The notes under the pieces were generated by a model. The model had not been told where the DNA came from. It searched no databases and saw only the letters and a program-made list of their open reading frames with translations. Below, piece after piece: positions 42,538 to 51,213 of a stretch of DNA of 51,558 nt. Within the stretch, counting starts at the first letter, position 1. Every line of letters begins with the position of its first letter. The position numbers and the translations under genes are program-made. Source of the stretch: Kiritimatiellota bacterium (lineage in GTDB: Bacteria > Verrucomicrobiota > Kiritimatiellia > RFP12 > UBA1067); NCBI GenBank assembly GCA_009777165.1, contig WRML01000001.1, positions 1 to 51,558 on the forward strand, in the 5' to 3' direction.

Positions 42538-43647
42538 ATGAATGAGCAAACCCCCGGCTTGGACACAAGCCACCCCCTTTCAAAAGGGGGCTGCGAAGAC
42601 GACATGATCCAGAACGCGAACAGGGCGCGCATCCCGATCCCCGGCGACACGGTGAAGATCGAGCTGGCGAAACTGCGCGAGGCGGGCAAGATAAGCGAGG
42701 CGGACGAGGCCGCCGTCTGGTGGTTCTACAGCTACGCGAAGGACCACAAGTGGTCGCTCGCCGAGGCGGGCGAGGCCATCGGCTACAACTCCTCGACCGT
42801 GCACCGCCTGTTCAACGGCACCTACGGCGCGAGCCCGGACAAGGTCATCGAGGCCGTCCTGCGCTTCCGCAAGGTCGCCGTCGAGCGGGCGAAGCGCAAG
42901 GACATCGGCTACATCGAGACGTCAACGTGGCGGAAGGTCAGCGCGATCTGCGACTCCGCCTTCTACGACGCCCTGCCCGCGTTCATCTACGGCGCCAGCC
43001 AGATCGGCAAGACCGAGGCCCTGGAGGAGTACACGCGGCGCAACAACCACGGCCAGACCCGCTACCTGCGGATGCCGGCGGCGCCGACGTTCACCTACTT
43101 CGTCAAGATACTCGCCGAGGCCTGCTACATCTCGCACCGCCAGCAGCACGACGTCATGCGCCAGCGCATCATGAACGTGCTCGACAAGCGGAACCTGCTC
43201 ATCGTGGACGAGGTCCACCTCGCCATCATCACCGCGACGGACATCACCGCCAAGAAGGTGATGGAGTTCCTGCGCGAGGTGTACGACCGCACCAAGTGCG
43301 GGATCGTCCTCTGCGGCACAGAGGTGTTCCGCGACGAGTTCGAGCGCGGCCGCCTGAACACGGTGTTCAAGCAGTTCCGCCTCAGGGGGATGCTGGAGCT
43401 GCAGCTGCCGGACGCGCCGCCGAAGTCGGACATCGCCAGGATCGCCGCGTCGTTCGACCTGCCCGCGCCGGACGAGGCGACGCTGGGCATCATCCAGGCG
43501 ATGCTCAAGGAGTCCGGGATCGGCAAGTACATCAAGTTCCTGCAGTACGCCCACGGCGTGAGCGTCTCGCGCAAGGAGAAGCTCGGCTGGGGGCATTTCG
43601 CGGACGCCTACGAGGGCGTGAGGCAGTTGTCGAGGGCAGGAAAGTAA
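42538..43647 (+). CDS. MuB-like AAA+ transposition ATPase
   Basis: ATG 42538 behind AAAGGAAGACAGAC. Walker A GASQIGKT and Walker B LLIVDEVH. Confidence 0.7.
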   Translation: MNEQTPGLDTSHPLSKGGCEDDMIQNANRARIPIPGDTVKIELAKLREAGKISEADEAAVWWFYSYAKDHKWSLAEAGEAIGYNSSTVHRLFNGTYGASPDKVIEAVLRFRKVAVERAKRKDIGYIETSTWRKVSAICDSAFYDALPAFIYGASQIGKTEALEEYTRRNNHGQTRYLRMPAAPTFTYFVKILAEACYISHRQQHDVMRQRIMNVLDKRNLLIVDEVHLAIITATDITAKKVMEFLREVYDRTKCGIVLCGTEVFRDEFERGRLNTVFKQFRLRGMLELQLPDAPPKSDIARIAASFDLPAPDEATLGIIQAMLKESGIGKYIKFLQYAHGVSVSRKEKLGWGHFADAYEGVRQLSRAGK

Positions 43648-43658
43648 GGAGGATGCAA

Positions 43659-44321
43659 ATGAGCAGGCAAGAGAAAACCATGAGGGACGCGCTCGGGCAG
43701 GATGTTCCGCTGGGCTACGTGAAGCCGTACGACAGGGTGCGGGATAAAATGGTGCGGCGTATCCACAAGCGCTGGGAGGCAGCAAGGGCGGTGCTGGAGA
43801 AAGTCCACGCCGAGACGCTGGCGGACATCGCGGCAATCGCGAAGGCGCGCGGCGACGCGGAGATGAACCCCTCCGAGAAAGGCAATATGCAGGTGTCCAG
43901 CTTCGACGGCAACATCTGCGTCAGCGTCAACCAGCGCTACGAGATCAGGCTCGACGACCGCGTGGTCCAGGCGCGCGAAAAGATGTACGTCTATGCGCGT
44001 GGGCTGGTCGAGAAGGTCGGCGGCGACGACGGCAGGGCGCTCTTCGAGATCATCAAGCAGGCGTTCGAGGTCACGCGGTCCGGGTCGCTCTCGATGGGGC
44101 GCGTCGCGAACCTGCTCAAGATGAACATCACGCACAAGGACTGGGCGGAGGCGAAGGCGCTCCTCGTCGAGTCCATGGCCCCCGAGAAAGGCAAGTGCTA
44201 CATCCGCGTCGAGCGGCGCGGGAGCCGCCAGCAGGACATGAAGGCGGTACGGCTCGACATCGCCGACTGCTGGGTGGAAAGCACACACGAAGGCACGGAG
44301 GTCACAAAGGAGGGGCAATGA
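43659..44321 (+). CDS. DUF3164-family Mu-like phage protein
   Basis: AAGGAGG upstream. KGNMQVSSFDGN ... YIRVERR pattern is typical of DUF3164. Confidence 0.65.
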   Translation: MSRQEKTMRDALGQDVPLGYVKPYDRVRDKMVRRIHKRWEAARAVLEKVHAETLADIAAIAKARGDAEMNPSEKGNMQVSSFDGNICVSVNQRYEIRLDDRVVQAREKMYVYARGLVEKVGGDDGRALFEIIKQAFEVTRSGSLSMGRVANLLKMNITHKDWAEAKALLVESMAPEKGKCYIRVERRGSRQQDMKAVRLDIADCWVESTHEGTEVTKEGQ

Positions 44322-44530
44322 AAGTTTATAAATGCCCCGCTTGCGGCAACGGGCCCGTTTTCGTTAAGGCCTCATGCTCCGTAAAGGGATACAGCGGAAA
44401 ATTAAGCAGGTGGTATTCGTACTGCTCGGGGACAGTCCGATCCCCCCATGAGAAACTTACGGCCGGCTACGGCAAGACCGGGGGCGAGGCCGCCGGGAAG
44501 TGGAATGATGCCGCGAAGGGAGGAGGCTGA
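44318..44530 (+). CDS. small zinc-ribbon-like protein
   Basis: ATGA overlap with the upstream gene. MKVYKCPACGNGP. Confidence 0.4.
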   Translation: MKVYKCPACGNGPVFVKASCSVKGYSGKLSRWYSYCSGTVRSPHEKLTAGYGKTGGEAAGKWNDAAKGGG

Positions 44531-44532
44531 CA

Positions 44533-44994
44533 ATGGCAACCAAAAACCAGCGCGTCGCGTTCTTCAAGCTGTGGGGCAAGGCGAAGCGCGAGATACGCGT
44601 CTTGGTTGGCGCGGCGGACGACGAGTCCGCCCGCCACGCCTGGATACGCCGGCACACCGGCTACACCGACAGCATCAACGCCGTCAAGCCCGGCGCGGAC
44701 TTCGGCAGGCTCATGCTCGAGACCGCCATCATCGCCGACGACTACGCCGCCGTCGCCAAATGGAGCATGGACGTGGCGAACAGGTGGCGGCACCTCATCG
44801 GCGAGCAGCTCCGCCGGATCGGCGAGATTACGGGCGAGGCGAAGCCGTGGGCATACGCGCGCGGTATATTCAAGCACCTCCGCCTGCCCGAGTCCTGGGA
44901 GGACATCCCCGAGGACCGGCTCGCCGACGTCTTCAAGATGCTCGACACCCACCGCCGCCGCCTGATCAGAAAGGCGGCGCAGGAGGCATCGTGA
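44533..44994 (+). CDS. GemA-like (Mu gp16 / DUF1018) regulatory protein
   Basis: 153 aa, the last early gene before the right end. Loose similarity to the GemA pattern. Confidence 0.4.
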   Translation: MATKNQRVAFFKLWGKAKREIRVLVGAADDESARHAWIRRHTGYTDSINAVKPGADFGRLMLETAIIADDYAAVAKWSMDVANRWRHLIGEQLRRIGEITGEAKPWAYARGIFKHLRLPESWEDIPEDRLADVFKMLDTHRRRLIRKAAQEAS

Positions 44995-45050
44995 CGAGAG
45001 CGCGGCAATGCGCCGGACCCTTTAGGCGGGCCCGCGTTTGCAGAAACAAA

Positions 45051-45130
45051 GAAACCGTCCTGCATGATACTTGCGGGGCGGTTTTTTTTCTCAACTGTTT
45101 GATATACCGCGCCTTCAGGCGGTCTTTTTT
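45051..45130 (+). terminator. two tandem rho-independent terminators ending the early arm
   Basis: ACCGTCC...GGGGCGGT followed by T8, then ACCGCGCCTTCAGGCGGT followed by CTTTTTT. Confidence 0.5.
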
Positions 45131-45303
45131 CTCAGGTACGGAAATCCGCCCTTTGTCACCATAAGTCCCTAATATTCAAACGTTTTCCGCCCTTTTCCCA
45201 CTTTTTCACTTCGAATCGTTCAGGACACAGGTGCGACCGATGGGGCACGGGATGCACCTAAAAGAGGCATCCCGATGGGATGCCATGATTTTTTTGCGTT
45301 CTC

Positions 45304-45373
45304 TTCTACCGAAAGAAACATCCCTAACGGGATGTTGTTACGGTATGCTTTAAAAGTGATTTCACTATATGCA
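45304..45373 (-). repeat. right terminal inverted repeat of the prophage
   Basis: CGAAAGAAACATCCCTAACGGGATGTTGTTACGGTATGCTTTAAAAGTGATTTCACTATATGCA ends in CA. It is the inverted partner of 13749..13818. Confidence 0.8.
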
Positions 45374-45738
45374 TGCTCTGTGCGACTCTGCGGTCCTCCG
45401 TGTACCTCTGTGTAACTTTAACTGCATACCCATCTTGTCCCGATGATGACGAGACCCTTCCTAACATCACAACCGTAAAAAGATCCGCCAACCAGATGGC
45501 GGCAGGAGGACAAAAAACTACAATAGAGAAGTAGCCCGGCTTATTGGATGTTCGGCCGGCCTCCTGCCAAGTGTTCCGCTTCCGCTTCGACAGGGCCCGA
45601 ATTAGGGTTTTTACTCCCCTTACTTTCCGTACAGGCCGACAACCTTTTTACCGGGCTAAAACGGAAGCCCCGCGCCCCCGTTTAAGCGCCCCCGTTTAAG
45701 CGGCGTTTCGCGAGCGGCGTTTCGGGGCGTTTCGGGGC

Positions 45739-45767
45739 TTGCCTTCCGGCGGCGGGTGTGGTATGAT
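45739..45767 (+). promoter_or_regulatory. candidate promoter of the CRISPR array
   Basis: TTGCCT (45739..45744), 17-nt spacer, extended -10 TGgTATGAT (45759..45767), 4 nt upstream of the first (truncated) repeat. Confidence 0.45.
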
Positions 45768-45770
45768 GAT

Positions 45771-46328
45771 GTTTTACAGCTGAAAAGCGGTTGAGTCACA
45801 CCCGCATCAAGGGGGTTCAGGACATCCGTTCAGGGTGTAAGTACAGCCGAAAGGCGGTTGAGTCACACTCGGGTCGCGGAGCAGGACGCGGCGGGCGTAG
45901 GTGTAAGTACAGCCGAAAGGCGGTTGAGTCACACTGGTCCGCCTCATGGATCGCCGCCATTTCGTGGTGTAAGCACAGCCGAAAGGCGGTTGAGTCACAC
46001 CCAACCACGCGTTCGGGATTCCTCGGATGTCGGTGTAAGCACAGCCGAAAGGCGGTTGAGTCACACCCGGAGACCGTCACTTTGAACCAGCGGAAGGGTG
46101 TAAGCACAGCCGAAAGGCGGTTGAGTTACAGCCGCCCGTATGCGTATAACCTACGCCTGACAGGTGTAAGCACAGCCGAAAGGCGGTTGAGTTACAGCGC
46201 CCCCTTACTTTTTGACACAAACAAAAAAGGTGTAAGCACAGCCGAAAGGCGGTTGAGTTACAGCTGGGGTTTTATTGGGTTACCGTCTTGTCGAGGGCAC
46301 GGGCACAGCCGGAAGGCGGTTGACGCGC
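45771..46328 (+). CRISPR. orphan CRISPR array with 8 spacers
   Basis: Seven well-conserved 35-nt repeats GGTGTAAG(T/C)ACAGCCGAAAGGCGGTTGAGT(C/T)ACA(C/G) start at 45834, 45900, 45966, 46032, 46097, 46163 and 46228. Degenerate terminal repeats lie at 45771..45801 and 46295..46328. Unique spacers are 30-32 nt and the period is 65-67 nt. Confidence 0.85.
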
Positions 46329-46508
46329 GTTTTGAAGGACAACAGCCATAACCGCTGACCCATACAAGCCAACGGCAACGCCATTGACCCGTACGCCGCA
46401 TACAATACCACCCCCCCCCGGCATGGTTTTGAAAGCGCGAAAAAGGTTTCGCTCGACTTTCACTGCCGTTCGTGATATGGTTCTTTTTTTAAAATCGGGA
46501 GTTATCAG

Positions 46509-47441
46509 ATGATGAAGATGTTTGACTTAAGCGGCAAGAAGGCGCTCGTCACGGGCGCGGCGGTCGGGATCGGGCGGGGTTACGCCGTCGCGCTCGCAAA
46601 GGCAGGGGCGGATGTCGCGATCGTTGACGTGGATGACAAGACGGGGCCAACGACCGCCAAGGAAATTCAGTCCTACGGCAGGGATGCGTTGTTCGTCCGT
46701 TGCGATGTGACGAAAAAGGAAGAGGTCGAGGCGATGGTCGAGGCTGTCGCCCAAAAATTCGGGCGGCTCGACATCGGTGTCAACAACGCCGGGATCGGTA
46801 TCCTGGGCGGTGACGTGGATTTTTCGCTCCAGGACTGGAACAAGGTCATCGGCGTCAACCTGACCGGGATGTATCTGTGCGCGCAGGCTGAGGCGAAGCA
46901 GTTCCTGAAGCAGTCGCCGGTGCAAGGGAAGATTATCAATACGGCCTCCATGTCCGCGCGGATCTGCAACTGCAACGCGTCGTACAACGCATCCAAGGGG
47001 GGGGTGGTCGAGATGACGCGGATGCTCGCTGCGGAATGGGGGACGTACAACATCAACGTCAACTGCATCAGCCCGAGCTACATCCTGTCGCCGATGCATG
47101 CCTCGACACCGCTGGAGGTCCGTGCGCGTATCCGTGAGTTGACGCCGCTCGGGTATGTTCAACGTCCCGAGGATGTGTATGGCCCAGTCGTGTTCCTCGC
47201 GTCGGATGCGGCGAATTACGTCACGGGGCTTGACCTGCTCGTGGACGGCGGTCACACGTTGAATGCGTGGCTCACGCCGCTGGGACGCGCCGTGCCGCCG
47301 CGCGTGTCGCCGGCGGAGGAGACCGTCCAGCTCAAACACGATCTCGCCGCAATGGGATTGCCGTTCGACGACAACGGCATCAACGAGTCCCTGCATCCTG
47401 AAATCGCCGGCGCGTTCAAAGCGGCCTTCGGAATCGGGTAG
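46509..47441 (+). CDS. short-chain dehydrogenase/reductase (SDR)
   Basis: TGAAVGIGRG Rossmann motif and YNASK catalytic motif. Confidence 0.8.
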   Translation: MMKMFDLSGKKALVTGAAVGIGRGYAVALAKAGADVAIVDVDDKTGPTTAKEIQSYGRDALFVRCDVTKKEEVEAMVEAVAQKFGRLDIGVNNAGIGILGGDVDFSLQDWNKVIGVNLTGMYLCAQAEAKQFLKQSPVQGKIINTASMSARICNCNASYNASKGGVVEMTRMLAAEWGTYNINVNCISPSYILSPMHASTPLEVRARIRELTPLGYVQRPEDVYGPVVFLASDAANYVTGLDLLVDGGHTLNAWLTPLGRAVPPRVSPAEETVQLKHDLAAMGLPFDDNGINESLHPEIAGAFKAAFGIG

Positions 47442-47478
47442 CCCCAGATGAATCCTCGGCGTGCGGAAAAAAGGGCGT

Positions 47479-48168
47479 ATGCAAATGGACCTCCATCAGC
47501 TTGTTGCCATGATTGACCTCAGTGCGGTTCGTGCGGATTCCGGTTGGGACGATGTGCAGTCCGTCGCCGCACTGGCGAGGGAGTATTCCTGTGCCGCAGC
47601 GTTTGCGCTGCCGGCGTTCACGCGGGAACTCGTCGGGTTACTGCACGGGACTTCGGTTGTCGCCGGGGGGACGGTCGGGTTCCCGAGCGGTGGCGAGACG
47701 ACCGCCATGAAAGTCGCCCAGGCCAAGGAACTCCTCGCGCTCGGCTGCGGCGAGATTGATATGGTTCAGAACATCGGTGCCTTGCTGTCGGGACGGCTCG
47801 GACAGGTCGAGGCGGACATTGCGGCCGTCAAGCAAGCGGTTGCCCCTGTGCCGCTCAAAGTCATTCTCGAATGCGCGTATCTGCCGCCCGACCTGATTGC
47901 GGCGGCATCGGAGATTGCGGTTCGCGCGGGCGCGTCCTGGGTCAAGACCGGCACCGGCTGGGCATCGCTAGGGACGACGGTGGAGCACGTCCGGCTCATC
48001 AAGCAGACGGTCGGCAACGCCGCGCGTGTCAAAGCCGCGGGCGGTGTCCGCGACCTCGACACCCTGCTCGAGATGAACCGCCTCGGCGCGGAACGCTTCG
48101 GCATCGGCCATAAAACCGCCAGGGCGATTTTCAGCGAATGCCAAAGGAGACAACGATGCAACGCTTGA
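47479..48168 (+). CDS. deoC: deoxyribose-phosphate aldolase-like class I aldolase
   Basis: ATG 47479 (the ORF track start 47461 is GTG). SWVKTGTG Schiff-base lysine context and VKAAGGVR. Confidence 0.65.
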   Translation: MQMDLHQLVAMIDLSAVRADSGWDDVQSVAALAREYSCAAAFALPAFTRELVGLLHGTSVVAGGTVGFPSGGETTAMKVAQAKELLALGCGEIDMVQNIGALLSGRLGQVEADIAAVKQAVAPVPLKVILECAYLPPDLIAAASEIAVRAGASWVKTGTGWASLGTTVEHVRLIKQTVGNAARVKAAGGVRDLDTLLEMNRLGAERFGIGHKTARAIFSECQRRQRCNA

Positions 48169-49676
48169 TTCTTGCCCATGACCTGGGTACCGGTGGCAAC
48201 AAAGCGTCGCTGTTCGACAGCGACGGCGTGCGGCTGGCTTCCGTGTTCGAGCCTTACGAGACGCTCTATCCCGGACCGGGGATGCACGAGCAGCGACCCG
48301 CCGACTGGTGGGACGCCATCGTGCGCAGTACACGGCGACTGCTGGAGGCGGTGGCGGCACACGGCATCACAGGGCACGACATCGGTTCCCTCGCGATTTC
48401 CGGCCACAGTCTCGGCTGTGTGCCGCTTGATGCCGACGGCAACCTGCTGCGAGCAACCACGCCCATCTGGTCCGACAGCCGCGCGGGGCACGAGGCCGCG
48501 GCGTTTTTCCGTCACGTGGACCCGACCGACTGGTATCTGCGCACCGGCAACGGTTTCCCTGCGGCACACTACACGCTGTTCAAAATGCTGTGGCACAAAA
48601 ACAACGAGCCCGAACGCTTCAGCCGCCTCGCCACGGTGCTCGGCACAAAAGATTACATCAACTACCGCCTCACGGGCATACAGGCGACCGACTACAGTTA
48701 CGCCTCCGGCTGCGGCGGCTACGATTTGACCGGATGGGACTATGACGGCGAACTGATTGCGCGCGCCGGGCTTTCGCCGTCGCTGTTCCCCAGGCTGGTC
48801 CCCGCGACAGCGATTTTAGGCCCCCTCACGCCCCAAGCCGCCGATGAGCTCGGGCTTCCGCCCACGCTCCTTGTCGCGGCGGGAGGCGTGGACAATTCCT
48901 GCATGGCGCTCGGCGCCGGATGTTTTCAGGAGGGACGTTCCTACGCCTCGCTCGGCTCCTCGTCGTGGATTGCCGTCTCCGACTCGAAACCGCTCCTCGA
49001 CAGCCGGACGAAACCGTACGTCTTTGCGCACGTCGTCCCCGGGATGTTCACTTCGGCGCTCGCCATTTTCTCCAGCGGCACCACGTTCCGCTGGTTGCGC
49101 GACCAGCTCTGCCGCGACCTCACCGAACGCGCGTCAGCGGAAAACCGCACGGTCTATGCGCTGATGGATGCCGAAGCCCAGCACTCGCCGCCTGGCGCGC
49201 GAGGGCTCCTGCACAACCCAAGCCTTGCGGGGGGGTCATCGCTCGACCCCAGCCCGTCCATCCGCGGCGCATTCTTGGGGCTCGATCTCACGCACACCCG
49301 CGCCGACGTGATTCGCGCCGTGATGGAAGGCATTGCCCTGAACCTGCGGCTGGTGCTGGACGCCTTCCGTTCGCTCGCGGCGATACGCTCCGAAATGATT
49401 GCCGTCGGCGGCGGCGCCAACAGCGGCGTGTGGCGGCAGATTTACGCCGACGTGTTGCGCGTCACGATGACGACGACGACCATCGGCCAAGACGCCGCCG
49501 CCCTGGGTGCCGCCGCGATTGCCGCCGTCGGCACCGGGCAATGGAGCGGATTTGAGAAGATTGGCTCGATCCTGCGCGTCGAAGACCGTCTCCTTCCCAT
49601 TGACGCCAACGCCAACATCTACGATAACATCCTGCCTCGCTTCCAGAACGACATCCGCTTTTTATCGGCGCGATAA
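48156..49676 (+). CDS. FGGY-family carbohydrate kinase (xylulokinase-like)
   Basis: ATG 48156 behind AAAGGAGA. LAHDLGTGGNKASL phosphate-1 motif; ~506 aa. Confidence 0.75.
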   Translation: MQRLILAHDLGTGGNKASLFDSDGVRLASVFEPYETLYPGPGMHEQRPADWWDAIVRSTRRLLEAVAAHGITGHDIGSLAISGHSLGCVPLDADGNLLRATTPIWSDSRAGHEAAAFFRHVDPTDWYLRTGNGFPAAHYTLFKMLWHKNNEPERFSRLATVLGTKDYINYRLTGIQATDYSYASGCGGYDLTGWDYDGELIARAGLSPSLFPRLVPATAILGPLTPQAADELGLPPTLLVAAGGVDNSCMALGAGCFQEGRSYASLGSSSWIAVSDSKPLLDSRTKPYVFAHVVPGMFTSALAIFSSGTTFRWLRDQLCRDLTERASAENRTVYALMDAEAQHSPPGARGLLHNPSLAGGSSLDPSPSIRGAFLGLDLTHTRADVIRAVMEGIALNLRLVLDAFRSLAAIRSEMIAVGGGANSGVWRQIYADVLRVTMTTTTIGQDAAALGAAAIAAVGTGQWSGFEKIGSILRVEDRLLPIDANANIYDNILPRFQNDIRFLSAR

Positions 49677-49740
49677 CTGAAAACAGTCAGGCTCAATAAT
49701 CTGTTTTCCCGGTTTTTTCATGTTCTTATAAACGCCCGTT

Positions 49741-51213
49741 TCATAGATTCGCAAGTTTCTCCGACACGAGCTTGCCGACGATCTGGGGGTCGGCCTTGCC
49801 TTGGCTGAGCTTCATCACTTGCCCGACGATAAACCCGGCCGCCGCGGTCTTGCCGGCCTTGTAGCTTTCGACGGATTTCGGGTTCTCCGCGATCACCTTG
49901 TCCACGAACGCCTCCAGCGTCGCGGTGTCGCTGACCTGCCCGAGCCCGCGCGCCTCGACCAGCGCACCCGGCATCCCGCCCTTCTCGAAAATCTCCGCCA
50001 CAAGCTCCTTTGCGGTCGTGCCGTTGATGACGCGCCCGCCCACGAGCGTCACCAGCTCCGCCAGTGCCTCGGGCGTGAACGCGCATTCGGAGATCGCCTT
50101 GCCCGTCTCGGACAGCAGGCGCATGATCTCCGTCATAAACCAGTTCGACACCGCCTTGCCCTGGCCGCACAGCCGCGCCGCCGCCTCGAAGAAATCCGCA
50201 TTCGCCTTCTCGTCCGCCAGCACCCCCGCGTCGTACTCCGGGATGCCGTACTCCCTGACCATGCGCTCGCGCCGCGCGGACGGCAGCTCGGGCAGCGCCG
50301 CGCGCCATGTCTCGATCTGCTCCTCGCTCAGCACGACCGGCACGAGGTCCGGGTCCGGGAAGTAGCGGTAGTCATGCGCGTTCTCCTTAGTGCGCATGGA
50401 CTGCGTCTCTCCGGCGTCCGGGTCCCACCGCCGTGTCTCCTGCACGAGCCTGCCGCCGTGCGTCAGCGCATGGATCTGCCGCGCGATCTCATACTCCAGC
50501 GCCGCGTCAATCCCCTTGAACGTGTTCATGTTCTTGATCTCGACGCGCGTGCCGAGTTTCTCCTGACCCTCCGGGCGGATGCTCACGTTCACGTCCGAGC
50601 GCATCTGGCCCTTCTCCATGTCGCAATCGCTCACGCCCGCATAAATCAAAATCTGCCGCAACGTGTGCAGGTACGCCATCACCTCCTCGCGCGACGACAT
50701 ATCCGGCTCCGTCACGATCTCGATCATCGGCATGCACCCCCGGTTGAAGTCCACGCCGCTGAACCGCGCGTAATGGTTGATCTTCGCCGCGTCCTCCTCC
50801 AGGTGGATGTGGTGGATACGGATGCGTTTCACGCTATGATTCCTAACGCCTAACGCCTCATTCCTAATTCCTAATTCCTCATTCCTAATTTCAACCCCCC
50901 CCCCCACGCAGAACGGGCGCAGGCTCTGGGTGATCTGGTAATTCTTCGGGATGTCCGGGTAGAAATAGCTCTTCCGGTCGAACGTGCTGTAGCGGCTGAT
51001 CTCGCACCCCAGCATCATCCCCCCCGTGACCGCCAGCCGCACCGCCTCGCGGTTCACCACCGGCAGCGTCCCCGGGAACCCGAGGCACCCCGGGCAAGTG
51101 TTCGCGTTCGCCTCCGCCCCGAACGCCGTGCTGCACCCGCACCACAGCTTGCTCTTCACCTTCAGGTGGACATGCGTCTCCAGCCCGACGGTCACCAAAT
51201 ACTTGCTCATCAC
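49741..51213 (-). CDS. gatB: Asp/Glu-tRNA(Asn/Gln) amidotransferase subunit B, with an in-frame repeat insert
   Basis: VTVGLETHVHL, HLEEDAAK and YRYFPDPDL motifs. Extra IRNEELGIRNEALGVRN segment encoded by 50839..50891. Confidence 0.9.
   Translation of the reverse strand: MMSKYLVTVGLETHVHLKVKSKLWCGCSTAFGAEANANTCPGCLGFPGTLPVVNREAVRLAVTGGMMLGCEISRYSTFDRKSYFYPDIPKNYQITQSLRPFCVGGGVEIRNEELGIRNEALGVRNHSVKRIRIHHIHLEEDAAKINHYARFSGVDFNRGCMPMIEIVTEPDMSSREEVMAYLHTLRQILIYAGVSDCDMEKGQMRSDVNVSIRPEGQEKLGTRVEIKNMNTFKGIDAALEYEIARQIHALTHGGRLVQETRRWDPDAGETQSMRTKENAHDYRYFPDPDLVPVVLSEEQIETWRAALPELPSARRERMVREYGIPEYDAGVLADEKANADFFEAAARLCGQGKAVSNWFMTEIMRLLSETGKAISECAFTPEALAELVTLVGGRVINGTTAKELVAEIFEKGGMPGALVEARGLGQVSDTATLEAFVDKVIAENPKSVESYKAGKTAAAGFIVGQVMKLSQGKADPQIVGKLVSEKLANL
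50839..50891. repeat. heptamer repeat insert inside gatB
   Basis: ATTCCTAACGCCTAACGCCTCATTCCTAATTCCTAATTCCTCATTCCTAATT, the same unit family as the prophage junction arms. Followed by C11 (50895..50905). Confidence 0.85.

Larger units (their letters stand above)
13749..45373. mobile_element. Mu-like transposable prophage (~31.6 kb)
   Basis: ~70-bp imperfect terminal inverted repeats starting TG and ending CA. Contains a MuA-like transposase, MuB-like ATPase, DUF3164, GemA-like protein, gpI-like protease, DUF935-like portal, terminase, Dam and a central XRE repressor. Confidence 0.8.

Noticed and set aside
45673-45740. Short tandem direct repeats in the CRISPR leader (GCCCCCGTTTAAGC twice, GGCGTTTCGG three times) as a distinct functional element.
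   Set aside because: The repeats are real, but I cannot assign a function beyond a possible leader or integration-host-factor context. They are noted under the CRISPR finding rather than as a separate feature.
45374-45770. A tracrRNA or anti-repeat in the CRISPR leader or flanks.
   Set aside because: I found no stretch complementary to the repeat by eye within the window. The only repeat-like sequence, at 45771..45801, is in the same orientation as the array.
45791-46351. ORFs 45791..46351(+), 45807..46064(-), 45817..46107(-) and 45858..46085(+), with internally repetitive peptides.
   Set aside because: They are translations of the CRISPR repeats; the repeated SRKAVESH-type peptides derive from the repeat itself.
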